From contig NC_068981.1 of the NCBI RefSeq assembly GCF_001194135.2, positions 55,094,427 to 55,158,426 of the forward strand: DNA of 64,000 nt, read 5' to 3'. The position numbers and the translations under genes are program-made. Below, piece by piece: positions 1 to 13,546 of this stretch. The first letter of the stretch is position 1; each line of letters begins with the position of its first letter. Below the pieces are notes generated by a model, which did no database searches, was not told the origin of the DNA, and worked only from the letters and a program-made list of their open reading frames with translations. This stretch comes from Octopus bimaculoides (taxonomy: Eukaryota).

Positions 1-199
1 TTGCACCTGATTTCATGTAATGGCGAAGTGAATGCTACAATTAATCTTGAATTTCTTACTACAATTCTTTCATAGGTATTTAACATCTTGGTGCTCTTCT
101 CTCGGGATCACCGATATTTGTACTTAAAGAACGAAAGTATTCAATAATCAAAGTATATCAGCGGGAATCGCGTTATACGTCACCGTAGAATAACTAATA

Positions 200-900
200 T
201 ATTTCGTTGTTCTTAACAATAAGGGGCGAAATGATGGAGGAATGCATAGTCGAGGCTAGCACAACTTCGTTGGAAAATTTTATGAAGACAGAGAGTATTT
301 CCGCAACCAAATATACGCCATTTTCAAAGAATACATTTAACAGAATAGAAACTATGTCTCAAAACGTAGAGAAGAGAATAAAATTTTAGTTGGAAAAAAA
401 TGCAAGATTTCTTCGATTGCCCTCTGATAATGTACAGATATTGTTGATATTTCCCAACAGTAATTTTTGCATAGGATTTTTGTTAAAAAGAGAAATTTAA
501 TTTCATTAGCATCCCTCAAAATGTTCGCTAAAATGATGTCCCCTTCAAAAGTTAGTCTTAATTGTAACAGATAATGTGCTTCAAAATGATTGGGAAAATT
601 AGAGGAAAAATATGGCTTTTGTGTTAATGTTTGTAAAAACGACGAAACTTTTCATTCTTTCATATGTTATAGGATACATTCTATGTTCCAAAGGTGTTAG
701 ATATAAGGGTCATAGAATAACATTTGTTACTGTATTAAAATCATAGAATTCATTCAGTCCAAGCTTAGATTTGCATTTCTTTTCGAGAGAGTATATCTCA
801 ATATGCTAATCTGATTTTTGTCATACAGATGTCCATTGCTTTAGTAAAAGCAAAACATACTTTTCGGTTTAAAAAAACCTTCTCCCGAAATCAAAGTTGC

Positions 901-953
<53 letters not shown>

Positions 954-1690
954 AACGTGATGAATTTTATGAAAAATTAAGTACGCTACACTGGTTAACT
1001 GACTGATCGTTTTTTAATGATACCAGAACGAAGTTTAATCATAATCTAGAACTTCAGGAAGGAATGGAAGTATTTCATAGTGTAATTTAAGTGCTTTTGC
1101 AGACATTTTAGAAATTTGTGAAAATTTCAGATAAACATTTTGCAAATATAAATAAGAAACTGGACTTGGAGGTGACTGCCATATATAATGCCATTTAATC
1201 TATAAATAATTTCTAACTGATTACCTATAACTTCCAGAACTGATTTTCTGGTTCCACTGTTATTATAGGTTTGTATATTCTTATCTCGAACTTATTTATG
1301 AGCCAAGATGTGAAAGATACTGCTTTTCAAATGAAACTTCTTTGTAAATCATATAACGCTCAGTATGAAATGGAAATTATTACTTTTCAAACACGAGACC
1401 CATATTAGCTGATTCAGAAAAATTAGTTGATTCAGAAACCTTTGTTCTAGACATTAGTCGATTCAGAAAATTTTCCTTTCTAGAAAGAAACCTACATTTA
1501 GATGGAAAGAGGTTCTATCTATATTTGTGAGTCAGGATTTTTGACAATGAAGATTTTAAAATCAAAAAGCAAACCATTACAGACATATGCCTTATCTCAG
1601 CTACAGCATGAAAGTAACACTAACAAAATTGGAAATAAACATTCAAAGTCTTGTCGAAAAACTTCTCATGAATTTCGTTAAATTATTTTG
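200..1690 (+). mobile_element. Degenerate hAT (SPIN/GTF2IRD2/Buster-like) transposase fossil, interrupted by (TG)n at ~903-950
   Basis: Hand translation across stops and frameshifts gives ordered hAT-like motifs: GEMMEECI..PFSKNTFNRIETMSQNVEKRI, LVLIVTDN, LHWLTD*SFFND..NLELQEG, and dimerisation-domain-like GSIYICESGF. Boundaries approximate; no TIR found. Confidence 0.75.
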
Positions 1691-2021
1691 TCAACACATC
1701 GATCTCGTATTAAAGTAAGACGAGATCAATTTTTGTATACCCGTTTGTCACTATCTGTAATTACAACTTTTTTATATCATATGATACATACATACATACA
1801 TACATACATACAGACCGTATTGCAAAGGCAACTATCCCAAGAGACGGAGAACTCTGATAAGCCCGAAATATGTTATTCATCGATCTTGTGGCAAACATTT
1901 GCATCAACCTTCTGCTATCAACATTCCTACATAAGCTTCTGCCACTCAAATTAAATCATCTGCCTAATGGTTATAATATTGAATGACCCTCATACATCGA
2001 AGCTGACAGTATAATCTATCC

Positions 2022-2060
<39 letters not shown>

Positions 2061-2218
2061 GTCCGACGATGGCTTAGCTGAAAACTTTGAAGTCACTGTC
2101 AGCAAAATTCTTATATAAGAATAAAAACTTTGTACTCTATAAAAGTATAGAATGACCAAGCAGATTAAAGCAAAATTGCTTTTATAAGAACCGAACATAA
2201 ACACAAACATTAATATTA

Positions 2219-2272
<54 letters not shown>

Positions 2273-2421
2273 GCGTGTGTGGCATCTACAGTACTTTATC
2301 GCTAATAAATATGTGCTCTCCACAAAAAAATGACTCTAGAAAATATAGTGCTGGGCTAAGGAATATACATCCTATTTGCTAGTAAATTTTAAAAGATGCC
2401 AAATTAGATGATGGTTATTTT

Positions 2422-2436
2422 CGACACACACACACA

Positions 2437-2530
<94 letters not shown>
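2422..2530. repeat. (CA)n microsatellite, representative of dozens of (CA/TG)n, (TA)n, (TATG)n, (TC)n, (AAT)n, (TAG/CAG)n and (GAAA)n tracts
   Basis: Directly visible. These tracts explain the HT/CV/YI/LS-repeat ORFs in the ORF track. Confidence 0.98.
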
Positions 2531-2533
<3 letters not shown>

Positions 2534-3460
2534 TCTTTTTATACAGTTTCGTCTACCAAATTTCACTCATACTGTATTATTTAATTCAATGCTTTCGTAG
2601 ATATCACTTGCCTAAGGAACCGGGATTCACATGGTTAAAAGGCGAATTTCTTTCCTTTAAGATCGTTTATTTATGGATTGTTTTCGTAATAATACGGTTT
2701 TGTTTCTTTATGTGGTTATGACTTAGTTACGCTTTTGTCTTACCGAGAATTATATAATATGGACTTGAAATGCATTCCGTTTATTTTGTCTACTCATTTG
2801 CCATTGGGAATTTAGAGAATATCTGAAGTAACACGCTCATATCACTTTACATTTATTTGTCTGCGGGGTTTTGTTTTCGTTGTACCATATAAAACAATGA
2901 GTATATCAGGGCATGAATATAATAGACTTTCTAGAGGTAACGAGAGCATATGAGAAAAATCAATTCGTGCTTTTGACATAAAAAAAAATGAACTTGCAAC
3001 ACAGTGGTAAGCTCACGACGAACTCCGTGGAGTAAAGTTGAGCGAGCCTCAGGGAATTTTAACGAATCTATGTTGCTACCTCCTTGTATTCACTAAACAA
3101 ACAGAGGTTCTTCGTAAATGCTTTGTTTATCCCTGTACACTGATTTCCCCTCTATTGTATATTCTTTTACTGATATCTGTGATTGGACTGTAGCAATGAA
3201 GATACGACCATCATAGATTTTAGTCTATTATCGATCCCTGAAATATTGCGCTTATTTTTCTCATTTTATCGGGGACGAAATTCCACACGGTTTTCTCAAT
3301 CAGAGCCATCGAAGGACTAAGCAAGATGCGTGCGTGCGTACGTGCGTGCGTACGTGCGTGCGTACGTGCGTGCGTGCGTGCTTGCGTGCGTGTGTGTGCA
3401 TGTATGTGTATGTGTGTGTATATAGACATACACACACATATACACACATGTATGCGCAGA

Positions 3461-3507
<47 letters not shown>

Positions 3508-4194
3508 GCACACACACACACACACACACACACGGACGCGTACATATATATTTGCGTATTTCAGTGTTCACCATTAAACATAGTATATGAAAGTACAATC
3601 TGAAGCAACTAGTAATTTACCTGCAGCCTCTTCGCCAAACCGCCATTTAATTGTTTTGAAATTTCCATATTCAAACCAAAAATGGAAGTAATTAGACAGT
3701 TGCTATGGATGCGTTAAATATTAGGCCTTGTTATGCTATTATGGCAAAAACGAGCGTTTAATGCAAACATACAAATGTTGGAATTACTTCAGTCAGTAGC
3801 TTTGATTTAAGCTTGTCAAAGAAAAAAGCTTTCCACTGCATTCTACATACAAATTAGTTCGTTTTCTCTAAAAGATCGCGTATATAATCCTTCCTACTGG
3901 GTATAGGTATATCCTTTAGCGAAACATCCAGTGTTATTTTATCCATCATCATTGTTCGCTACCTTATAGCACCTTCCTCCCGGAAATTGGAAATTGGTTG
4001 TTATTGGATAATAAAACGAATGGTTACACCTGGTAGCTTACTGGTTAACTACGGTCACTTTCACAGTGGTAAATGGTAAATGTAAGACGAAAGATGGAAT
4101 GTACGAGAATTTATCATTAATCACGACAATTGTTTCAACACATCTAGCATCGATCCCTCACAGGTGGGACACCCAACAACTGGTTCAGGAGCAT

Positions 4195-5049
4195 CTGGTC
4201 AGGACAGATTGGCTCTTCCAGCGTCTACTCTAGCGTCAACAGATGTGTTGTCGCTGAATGAAAACTTGTTTGATAAAGGCTATAATATTTATATGGACAA
4301 CTGATTCTCCAGTCCAGACCTCTTCCTGCAGCTGCAGGTGAGGAGGACTAATGCTGGTGAGACTGTGAGGATGCACAAGAAAAACATGCCGTCTGATCTT
4401 CACAAGATAAAACTTCGAAGTGGGGAAACAGCGTACCGATGCACCGATAGTGGCATTCTCGCTCTAGTGTGGCGTGACAAGAAAAACGTTTGCATGTTAT
4501 CCATGATGCATTCTGCAAGCATGAAGAACACTAGGAAGCAAGATGCAGACAGTAATGCCATAATGGAACCAAATGTAGTTGTTTCATACAATGAAGGGAT
4601 GGGCGGGGTCGATCGCTCAGCTCAGCTGGTGACAGCACACAAATCGGTGAGAAAATTTGTGAAATGGTACAAAAAAAATTTTCTATAGTTGACATATGTG
4701 TCGTGAACTCACATTTGATTTGGCAGATGCTTAGTGGTGTGAGGATAGATTGACATTCAGGAATCTATTGTCCCATGAAATGATAGGTAAATAAACAGTA
4801 CTTGTACAAAAGCAGTTGACGTAAGTATACGCCGAACGTTATCTCGCACAGAGTGCTGACCTCAATCGGCGTGATTACCGCTGCCGAACGCAGGCAACCG
4901 AATGACTCACTGCTGGAAACAGGTTAAAGCGGTTGATGTAAATATACGCCGAACCATTGTCGTACGCTAATTGCTGATCTCAGCTGAGATGATTACCGTC
5001 AATGCAACCTAGTTGCTTGATAGAAAAGAAACCGTTGTCATGGGGTTAA
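4195..5049 (+). mobile_element. piggyBac (PGBD4-like) transposase C-terminal remnant with probable right end
   Basis: LFDKGYNIYMDN*FSSPDLF...WRDKKNVCMLS...PNVVVSYNEGMGGVDRS..KWYKK matches piggyBac DDD-region motifs. GGGG-TTAA at 5042-5049 fits a piggyBac terminus plus TTAA target site. Confidence 0.85.
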
Positions 5050-5309
5050 ATTCCAGGGTCGTCCCTCTTACGAATCTTGACTAGAACTAATAACGTTTCT
5101 TTTCTCCTCACTACAAATGCAATATAATTTATTAAAATTTCAAGGGCTCCACTACATTAAATATGTTAGTATCAACTTTGATAAATAGCATTCAGTAGTT
5201 TACGCCTAAAAACCTCATCTATCTCTGTTCCTTAAAACTGCTTGAAATAACACAACCATCAATAGATATACAATTACTTAAATTCTATACAAGAGAATAT
5301 TTCGAGATT

Positions 5310-5350
<41 letters not shown>

Positions 5351-5511
5351 CGTGCGCGCACGCGAGTGTGTGTATCAGTATGTATTGTTTATTACACACG
5401 CAGCGCATGCCGCACATGTGTGTGTATGTGCGTGTGTGGGTGCATGTGTGTTTGTGCGTATGTGCGTGAACTTGTATTTGTATGTGAGTGTATGTGTGTG
5501 TGTGTACCATA

Positions 5512-6000
5512 TTACGTCAATCTCCTTAAACATTAAATGCAAAATCTAACATTCTGGATATTGACTGATACATAAACTGTCTGACTGAAGAAATAAACAT
5601 GGTTTTAACCACTTTGAAACAGGTGTTACTCACAAGGTCGAAATGGTGATCTTTCGGTTGTTAGAAAGTTTTTAGAGCAAGACTAAATTCGATTTACGTC
5701 ACAGAGTAGAGGATCGGATTTCTTACATACTATAGTTATGTCTGACGTTAGTGACGGAACATCTGCATCTACAATCATAATGATTTATACGTAGATGTAT
5801 ATGTCATAGGGTACTGTACATATCTATACAGTGATGCTGACGTCACTGAACGCATAGGCCTTTAATGACCGTCAACACTAAACAAGCTGGCATGGTTATG
5901 GGACATATGTACATATCTCCTGACGTCACAGAACAGTAGATATACACATGTAGTTGTGTTGATGTCCGTAGTGGATACATGTACAGAGATGTTGACGTCA
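5512..6000. promoter_or_regulatory. Cluster of CRE/ATF-type bZIP sites
   Basis: Perfect TGACGTCA at 5838-5845, 5921-5928 and 5993-6000; one-mismatch sites TTACGTCA at 5512 and 5694, TGACGTTA at 5743. Confidence 0.5.
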
Positions 6001-6087
6001 ATAAAAAGGTTCGCTTGCAAGCAATGAGGAATGATAAGAAACTTGTATCTATTCTAGAGTGAGATATTTCCTTAAACCAGCTGCTAC

Positions 6088-6093
6088 TATAAA
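6088..6093 (+). promoter_or_regulatory. Candidate TATA box
   Basis: TATAAA about 90 bp downstream of the last CRE and about 130 bp upstream of a CG|GTGAGT donor at 6221. Confidence 0.35.
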
Positions 6094-6117
6094 CGCCTGT
6101 ATTCATACTTATTTAAT

Positions 6118-6220
6118 GTTTATAGACGAACATTTATGGTAGGATGGCGGTGACGACAACGATAAACCTCATCAGCTAAATAAGATATATCTCAAGATAA
6201 ATGCGGAAGAACTCCAGACG
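6118..6220 (+). other. Candidate first exon of an unidentified + strand gene (mostly 5'UTR; possible ATG at 6201, MRKNSR)
   Basis: Strong donor ACG|GTGAGT at 6221. Start inferred about 30 nt after the TATA box. ATG 6201 ends in phase 2, compatible with the 7313 acceptor. Confidence 0.35.
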
Positions 6221-6805
6221 GTGAGTGGGTTCGGTTGAGGGCGACTCTGCAATCCGATAAACCATATGTCTACATAGCTGACAATTATTCTGTACACACA
6301 TCTGTAATAACAATTCCAATACCACTGGTTGATTGAGGTAAGGCCCAGTTGTGTAACCTTGGACTATATCTGTCTGTATATCTGTCTGTCTAGCTGTATG
6401 TCAGTCCGTTAGCTGATGAATAAAGAAAAAAGGGTGAAAGAGGAATGAATAGTAAAGTCTGAACGTAGGAAAGAATATTTCGTTGTGTACAGGCTTTCTC
6501 TGAAAATTAGCACAGGAACACTTAAATATATGTGTCTGTGTGTCAGTGTCTGTGTTTATGTATCTACGTGTCTAATCTGATCAACGCACGTAGCAATCTG
6601 CAGAGTTAAAGAGAGCTGCGATTATATAATCATTTTGTTGCCATATAGGGCTACGTTGATGTGCAACCCCCTCCCTACACCATTCCATTATTTAATGTGA
6701 AGAAGTATTTGACCCAATATTAATATGAAGTAAAATGGGAGAATAAAATACAAGGAAATCTCTCTCTCTACCTTTCTCTCTCTTTCCCTCTCTCACAAAT
6801 ATACA

Positions 6806-6836
<31 letters not shown>

Positions 6837-7087
6837 CAGTATTTCCATTGGTTTTTCTGTTTTTTTTTATCTATGAGCTGCGGCTATGATGGAGCCTACC
6901 TCTAAATGACTAGGCCATGATGGCAACGCCAGTAGTTATTTCACTCTGACACATAATTTATCAGGATTTATTTGTCAAACCGCAAAGTTACGAGGTATAA
7001 AGAGACACAGCAGAAACAACACCGGTTTTAAAAACCGAGGTTGATATAAACAGAGACAGCACAGACATTCACACATGCACTCTTTCA

Positions 7088-7131
<44 letters not shown>

Positions 7132-7310
7132 AGTGTGTGTGTGTGTGTGTGCAAATTAGTAGTTATTAGAGCAACGGATAGAATGCCCGGCATTGTTTAT
7201 TCCGACCTTCTGCGCTTTAAGTTCAATTCTCACCGAGATCAACTTTGTCTTTTTACTAGTCCAGTTCAGGATTTGACTGAGCCTTCAAAGCGTCGGACGA
7301 GATGTCTTAC

Positions 7311-7460
7311 AGTGTCTGTTTGGATTTGGATTTTCCTTGGACAACATTAGTGACACGGAGAAGAGTCTTGCAAGCTGAAACAACTGCTTGTCTTCCTCAA
7401 AAACGTTATCCAGGCCCATGGCTTGGAGAGGAATATTACAGGTGCCAATAATCAGGTTGT
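7311..7460 (-). CDS. Competing - strand candidate exon (DNLIIGTCNIPLQAMGLDNVFEEDKQLFQLARLFSVSLMLSKENPNPNRH), weakly C2-domain-like
   Basis: 150 nt, open, phase 1-1, acceptor TTGTTTTCTGTTGTAG, donor T|GTAAGA. IIG..IP...V.EE.K.L resembles the end of a synaptotagmin C2A domain (by eye only). Confidence 0.35.
7313..7441 (+). CDS. Candidate coding exon (VCLDLDFPWTTLVTRRRVLQAETTACLPQKRYPGPWLGEEYY); alternatively ATG at 7302 with acceptor at 7260
   Basis: 129 nt, open, phase 2-2, third positions mostly A/T. Acceptor TTACAG and donor CAG|GTGCCA are only moderate. Overlaps a competing - strand exon. Confidence 0.4.
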
Positions 7461-8443
7461 CTACAACAGAAAACAAGGACCATTTCTGTTCTTATATACA
7501 TGATGGGTACATACACGGTCAGTTTCTGGAATTTTAAATTTTGTGTGTGTATGCGTGTTTTTATTTTTGTTTATTTATTTATATATTTATTGTGGAGGAA
7601 TAGGCTATCTTCTAACCATTTTCAGATCCTTCGTGACTAGTGAGATCAATACCATTAATTTTCCGTTTGAATTGTTACAAGTCCAAGACTCCAAGACAAA
7701 AAAAAACCCCGTGTGTAAGGAGGAAATGCCAGTCTAGTTTGTTTGTGCGTAGCAGTAGCAACAGCAGCAGCAGTAGCAGCACTGTCCCAGGTGTGAGACC
7801 AGTACTACTTTTGCGAGTCTTACCTGGGCTTCATAACTAGTCAGTAGTTGTTATGGCTGACATATTCTCTGACTCTGAAGAGAATAGCTAGTCTTTGCTA
7901 TATTGAGAATAAGTGTTCACAATGGGAGATCGTAGGTGATGGTGACACCAAACATTTCAAACAACTGTGAGGTATCTAGTTGCAAGCTGTTCGTGTTTGT
8001 GGGATATTAGATGTGATAATGTTTTCTTAATAAGAAAATTGATTGTACCTTTTTGCTGCTGAAAGAGAAAGGCTTAGTATAACTCAATGGGAGTATGTTT
8101 TCTCTTGTCTGTTCATGGAGTCAACGCGTATTTGCAATGAGGTGCCTAGGTTGCACGTGAACGATGTTTGAATGCAGACGGTTAGAGAGGAATAAAGAAT
8201 GGGGTAATATTTGTGTTCGATGTAGTGAGGACGAGCAGATCGTTGATGTAGAGGAATAAAAGTTTGCGGGACAAAACTCTGGGCACCCCAGAGCTGACAG
8301 TGTCAGAGTGTATTTCTCTCTCTCTCTTCTCTCTTCTCTCTCTTTTCTCTTCTCTCTTTCTCTCTCCCTCTCTGTATATTTATATGTATGTGTATACACA
8401 CACACATATATGCTGTATATATGATTACACATATATACACGCT

Positions 8444-8525
<82 letters not shown>

Positions 8526-9564
8526 GTATCAATGTGTGTGTAATGTATCAATTAGAAATATCCGGAGGCACTCCTGATAATTACCTCAGTAAGTATGGTC
8601 CTTGGTATAAGGTATACGGCAGCAGGTAATTTAAGAGGTAAACCGTAGTTTAATGTCTATATTGACGATAAGAAAATGGAGGGAAAATAACAAATAGAAG
8701 TGCGTCTGTTGTGCTAAAAAGCCATTATTTAATTAATTAAGCAAGGTGAGGGTAACAGTGGGTTTACAGCTGTTTCTGTATACTAAAGTTGAGGTAAATA
8801 GGTGTTTACTTCTTTGCAAATGGTAGACGTCATCAGAACGAAGAAGGCAGAGATAGACAAAAAGGGGAATAGAGCGAAAGATAGAGGGAGAAATCGGAAA
8901 GGAAAAGTTCAATGATTCGAAAGTCTTACATTTTAGTTGTGTTCACAGTTCATTAAATTCATTGTGAGGTAGTTGAAGAATAGAGGATGGTTGAATCCGA
9001 AGTCTCGTAGTTAGTTATTAGCATGACTTCCACATATCTGCCTGTTTATGTAAACCCACTCTTACCCTCACCTTAATTAATTAAATAATGGCTTATTAGC
9101 ACAACAGACACACTTCTATTTGTTGTTTTCCATCCATTTTCTTATCGTCTATATATATATATATNNNNNNNNNNNNNNNNNNNNNNNNNNNNNNNNNNNN
9201 NNNNNNNNNNNNNNNNNNNNNNNNNNNNNNNNNNNNNNNNNNNNNNNNNNNNNNNNNNNNNNNNNNNNNNNNNNNNNNNNNNNNNNNNNNNNNNNNNNNN
9301 NNNNNNNNNNNNNNNNNNNNNNNNNNNNNNNNNNNNNNNNNNNNNNNNNNNNNNNNNNNNNNNNNNNNNNNNNNNNNNNNNNNNNNNNNNNNNNNNNNNN
9401 NNNNNNNNNNNNNNNNNNNNNNNNNNNNNNNNNNNNNNNNNNNNNNNNNNNNNNNNNNNNNNNNNNNNNNNNNNNNNNNNNNNNNNNNNNNNNNNNNNNN
9501 NNNNNNNNNNNNNNNNNNNNNNNNNNNNNNNNNNNNNNNNNNNNNNNNNNNNNNNNNNNNNNNN

Positions 9565-9607
<43 letters not shown>

Positions 9608-10324
9608 CGTATGTATGTGCATGTGTTTGTGTATGTGCGATGGGCTTTCGCGCAGATACTGTCTAGCAAATTCCATTCACAATCTCTTAGTTAACCCAAG
9701 GCTATGACAGAAGAGACTTGCTCCAGGGAGCTGCGAAGAATAATGAATCCCAGAACCACATGGTTGAGGAGCGAGGGTCTTAAACGTATAGCAGTAACAT
9801 GACTTTATAAACATTTCTATGTTGATATTCCGTCTCATGATAGCCTGCCCAGTAAGAAATTTGAGCGCCACGAATATCATTTTCTCAATCTCCTTAACTT
9901 TTCAACGGAACTGTTCAGCAATGGATGGTTACCTTTATTATCAATGAACTGAGCCTCTTTACTGTTTGAATATATATCAATTATCCTTTCAGCTTCCGGT
10001 TTGTAGTATGTGTATGTGATTGAATATATACGTATATGTATGTATAAAATCTATAGCCGTCACACCCAAGCTAGTATAACTTGGTAGTATGTTCCACGTT
10101 TTCAATAATTTTTCAGGTATCTATGATTTGATGGAGATTTAGCAAATATTTCTAAGACGTCTTCGTTGGCTCGAGAGGGTCCTTCGTCTTTATAGATACC
10201 GAATAGTTTATGCAATCAAGCTCTAATTTTATCACACATAAATGAATAAGTTTCTAGAAAATTAAAAGATTATTTCTAGGGATATGAATTGCAAATATAT
10301 TTTCCTTCTTTTCCTACATACCAG

Positions 10325-10398
10325 CAAAAAGGAGACCTCTTATAGTCTTGTTGATAGAATAATGCACGTGGTTAATGAGTATAGGTTTGAAATAATAT
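10325..10398 (+). CDS. Candidate coding exon (KKETSYSLVDRIMHVVNEYRFEII)
   Basis: Long pyrimidine tract TTTCCTTCTTTTTCCTACATACCAG, donor T|GTAAGT, 74 nt, phase 2 to 1. Bridges the 7313-7441 and 22955-23140 exons in frame. Confidence 0.45.
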
Positions 10399-11759
10399 GT
10401 AAGTCAGACACAATATATCAGATCTTAATTTATATCAATCAAGGCAAGTATTCATTTATGTGTTTGTAAGAATGTACATAGATATTATCATCTTTTACAA
10501 AGTCAATTAAATAATATGTTGTAGATTGTTATAGAAAATGTGCACACAAATCTTTGTGTTGGTAAAGGGAAATTGCTTACAAAGCCGATACTAGGCAGCA
10601 GCGAACAGAAAATGCAAATGTTTTAAAACTGTTAGAAGTTATTCTGTTGAGGAACAGCTAACATAAGAACGAAAAAGACAGCTTACCCAAGGCTGCCGGT
10701 GACAGTTAGTATGAGGAGTGTTTTCTCTTTAAATAACCAAAATGACTCACAGATTACTGATCTTTCATTGGTTAAAGTAACATACGTAATAGCAACGAAA
10801 CTAAAATGTATGTACATATAAAGTCGCTGTAACTTCAAATACATTCTAAACTGTGATCTATGTGGTTTGAACGATTTCACAAGAGCAGAAATAAACTGAT
10901 GATCAGAAGATACATTATTGAACAAACATTTCCTTAGTTTGCAGTACTGAATTTAATTATTCTTTAACCTAGAATGGTAAACCGCTTCTCAGTATTCTCT
11001 GTGAGAGTTCCTGAAATGAACAGGATCACCGGAGTTCAGCATCCCTATCGGCATACACAAATGCATGAAGTCGGTAAAAACATCGCCATCATCATCACTA
11101 CTACTACTAATATTATCAACAACAACAATAACACGAATTCTAAAAACAGAAAATAAAAGCTATTTAGGTTCTTGATTGTAATTCTAGTAAAGAAACTAAA
11201 TTGTTTGTAAACACAGAATAGTAGAACTGAAGTGAATGTAAGAGAGTTGTTTAAAGAAGACAAAAGAGATGGAGTGAGGTGAAGATAGAGTGCTGGCAAT
11301 GCTAAAAAAACACAGACTGTTTGTATTTGAGTCAGCGCATGCGTGCGTGTTTGTATGCGAATGAAAGCTGTCTGTATCAGCTATGTTAGCGCGTGTGTTT
11401 ATGTTGATGATAACGAATGTTGTATAAAATAAGAGCTGTTACCGTAAGCTGAGAAGTGGAGGAGTGGATGGGAAAGAATACAAGAAAACAGGAGACATGA
11501 AAACGGAAACTTTGTTTCTGAGACATAATTGAAAAAGAGAAACTTTGTTTTCTCATTACGACAAAACTGTCAGTTAAAATTTTGTTTTAGCACAAGTATA
11601 GTGCATGAGTAATTATGGCATTCATGAACCTTCCAAAGAATCAACAATGCAATAATAACGTCATATTGCTACAGCTGATATTTTTAAGTTAGCCTTAGTG
11701 TTACCTCATTTGAAATTTTATTTAATTTTAGAATTTTATGTTACATCATAAATTTTAGT

Positions 11760-13503
11760 AATCGTTGATTATAGGCTTCCAACAGATCAATCAATTGTTC
11801 GCTACATTTCCGACGGTGAACTCGGCAAAAAGTATCCTAGTAATTCGAGCGGAATAAATATCACACGGTGTGTGTCTGAATGCACCAGTTCTTTTGACGT
11901 AGTATATCAGCGAAAAATGTCAAAACAAGTTCTGAGAGAATTTCTGTTGAAGAGGTACTTTTTCTTCAAAACTTTTCTGTCCCTTTTGGTCTTGAGCTTT
12001 CCTTCTTTCTTAATATGACTGAAATACTTGCAATTTTTTCCGTCTTGCTATTTATGTGATTCTTTCTCTCTTCCCAACTAAAGCATTAAGTTGTTCTAAG
12101 GTCGACTGGTTGGCCCATATTTCCTTTCAAGTAAGGTCAAGAATTTGGAGAAAGTATCTCACTTTGAAAGCTGACAGTTTCGTCTCAGTAGGTTTTAGTA
12201 TGTCTATATCTCCATCCATATAATACAATTGCATAAATACTATTAGCCTTAGTTTGTCACTTAATACAATATTCTTGCTGCTCCAGATCTTTCAAAATTA
12301 AGCTGGTGTTATTTCAATTCACCTCTTTATCACAGTTTCGTGTATTATATTCTCGTTGATTTGAGACCCATTAGCCTCAAGTGAATGTTATTGTTTGTTT
12401 GTTCTATGAGTTGTTTTCCTGTCACCATGGCCTGACCCTTTCCATATCATATTTACTTGAAGCCATCTCCAATTTGTGATAATATATCATTCGTTTTTAG
12501 AACCAGCTAATAACACAAGGTCATCTGTAAATCTTATATAGTAGTCATTTCTCTAACCTTCTCTGTTCCTTCAGAATCCTCTAGAATATCAGTCATGAAA
12601 TGAAAAGTCTGAGTGATGATAAGTAGCGTTGCCAAACTCCAACATTCTTTCAAACTATTTCAACGTATCATGTTGTTTTGAACAATATATGTACTATTCT
12701 CATATATATTTCACTGTATTCCAATTGCACTGGGATTCTTGACTGTTCTTGTTACCCAACAGACTTTTATTTCCAAAGCCTGTCAAAAGCTTTTATGAAG
12801 TCAACAAATGTGTAGAATACTTGATGTTGATAACCTCCAAATTTATCAGCAATGGTTCTCATGTTGGTTGCCTGTTCTACGGTGCTGCCACCTTCTTGGA
12901 ACCCTATTTGATCTTTAGCAGTAGTTTTTATTGCATGGAATTTTAGACAATTATTTCTTATTTAAGTATTAGTTTGTTAGGTACCTTATTAAGCTGATGG
13001 TGCGGTAATTGTTATAGTTCTGCAAATTTTCTTTTTACGTCAATGCAATCATGAAAATTTTTGTCTATTCAGATAAACGTTCTCGTGTTACCCAAATTCA
13101 GTCCCATGTTTTGTGCAATAATCTTATATATATATATATATATATATATGCTTACTGGTTCAAACTTTTATTGGTTCTTCTATTTTATGTGGAAATATAT
13201 GATTCTAACTCCTGTTGCTGTTCTGCATTTCCTGATCTTTCTTGTTTGAGTATTTACAGAATGGTCGAATCTGTCCTAATGGGATAGTTGTATAGCTTGC
13301 TTGTTCATATATTCTAGCCATGTTTCTTAAATTTGCTTCCTGTCTATCAGCAGGTTACCATTTCAGTAGCGGTCGTTGCAATTTTTTCTGTTGTTTACCG
13401 TCACCTCACTGACAATTCCATATGCTTTACTCATGTTATATCTCCCAAAACTATTTTGCAGTTCTTAGTAGTTCTTTTATTTCGAATTCCCCCTAACTAC
13501 TTC

Positions 13504-13546
<43 letters not shown>

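Noticed and set aside
2061-2097. Hammerhead-like CCGACGA-UGGCUUAGCU-GAAAACUUUGAAGUC
   Set aside because: Core U4 is changed, there is an extra A, and stem I has only 2 bp. At best a decayed fossil.
3220-3603. Multiple overlapping 83-103 aa ORFs (and all similar CV/HT/YI/MYVC/LS ORFs in the track)
   Set aside because: Translations of dinucleotide or tetranucleotide microsatellites, which lack stops by construction.
9120-9707. Long ORFs containing X runs (also ~15.5-17.3k, 23.4-24.1k, 27.3-27.8k, 33.2-33.6k, 58.5k, 60.4-60.9k)
   Set aside because: They span assembly N gaps and are not evidence of coding.
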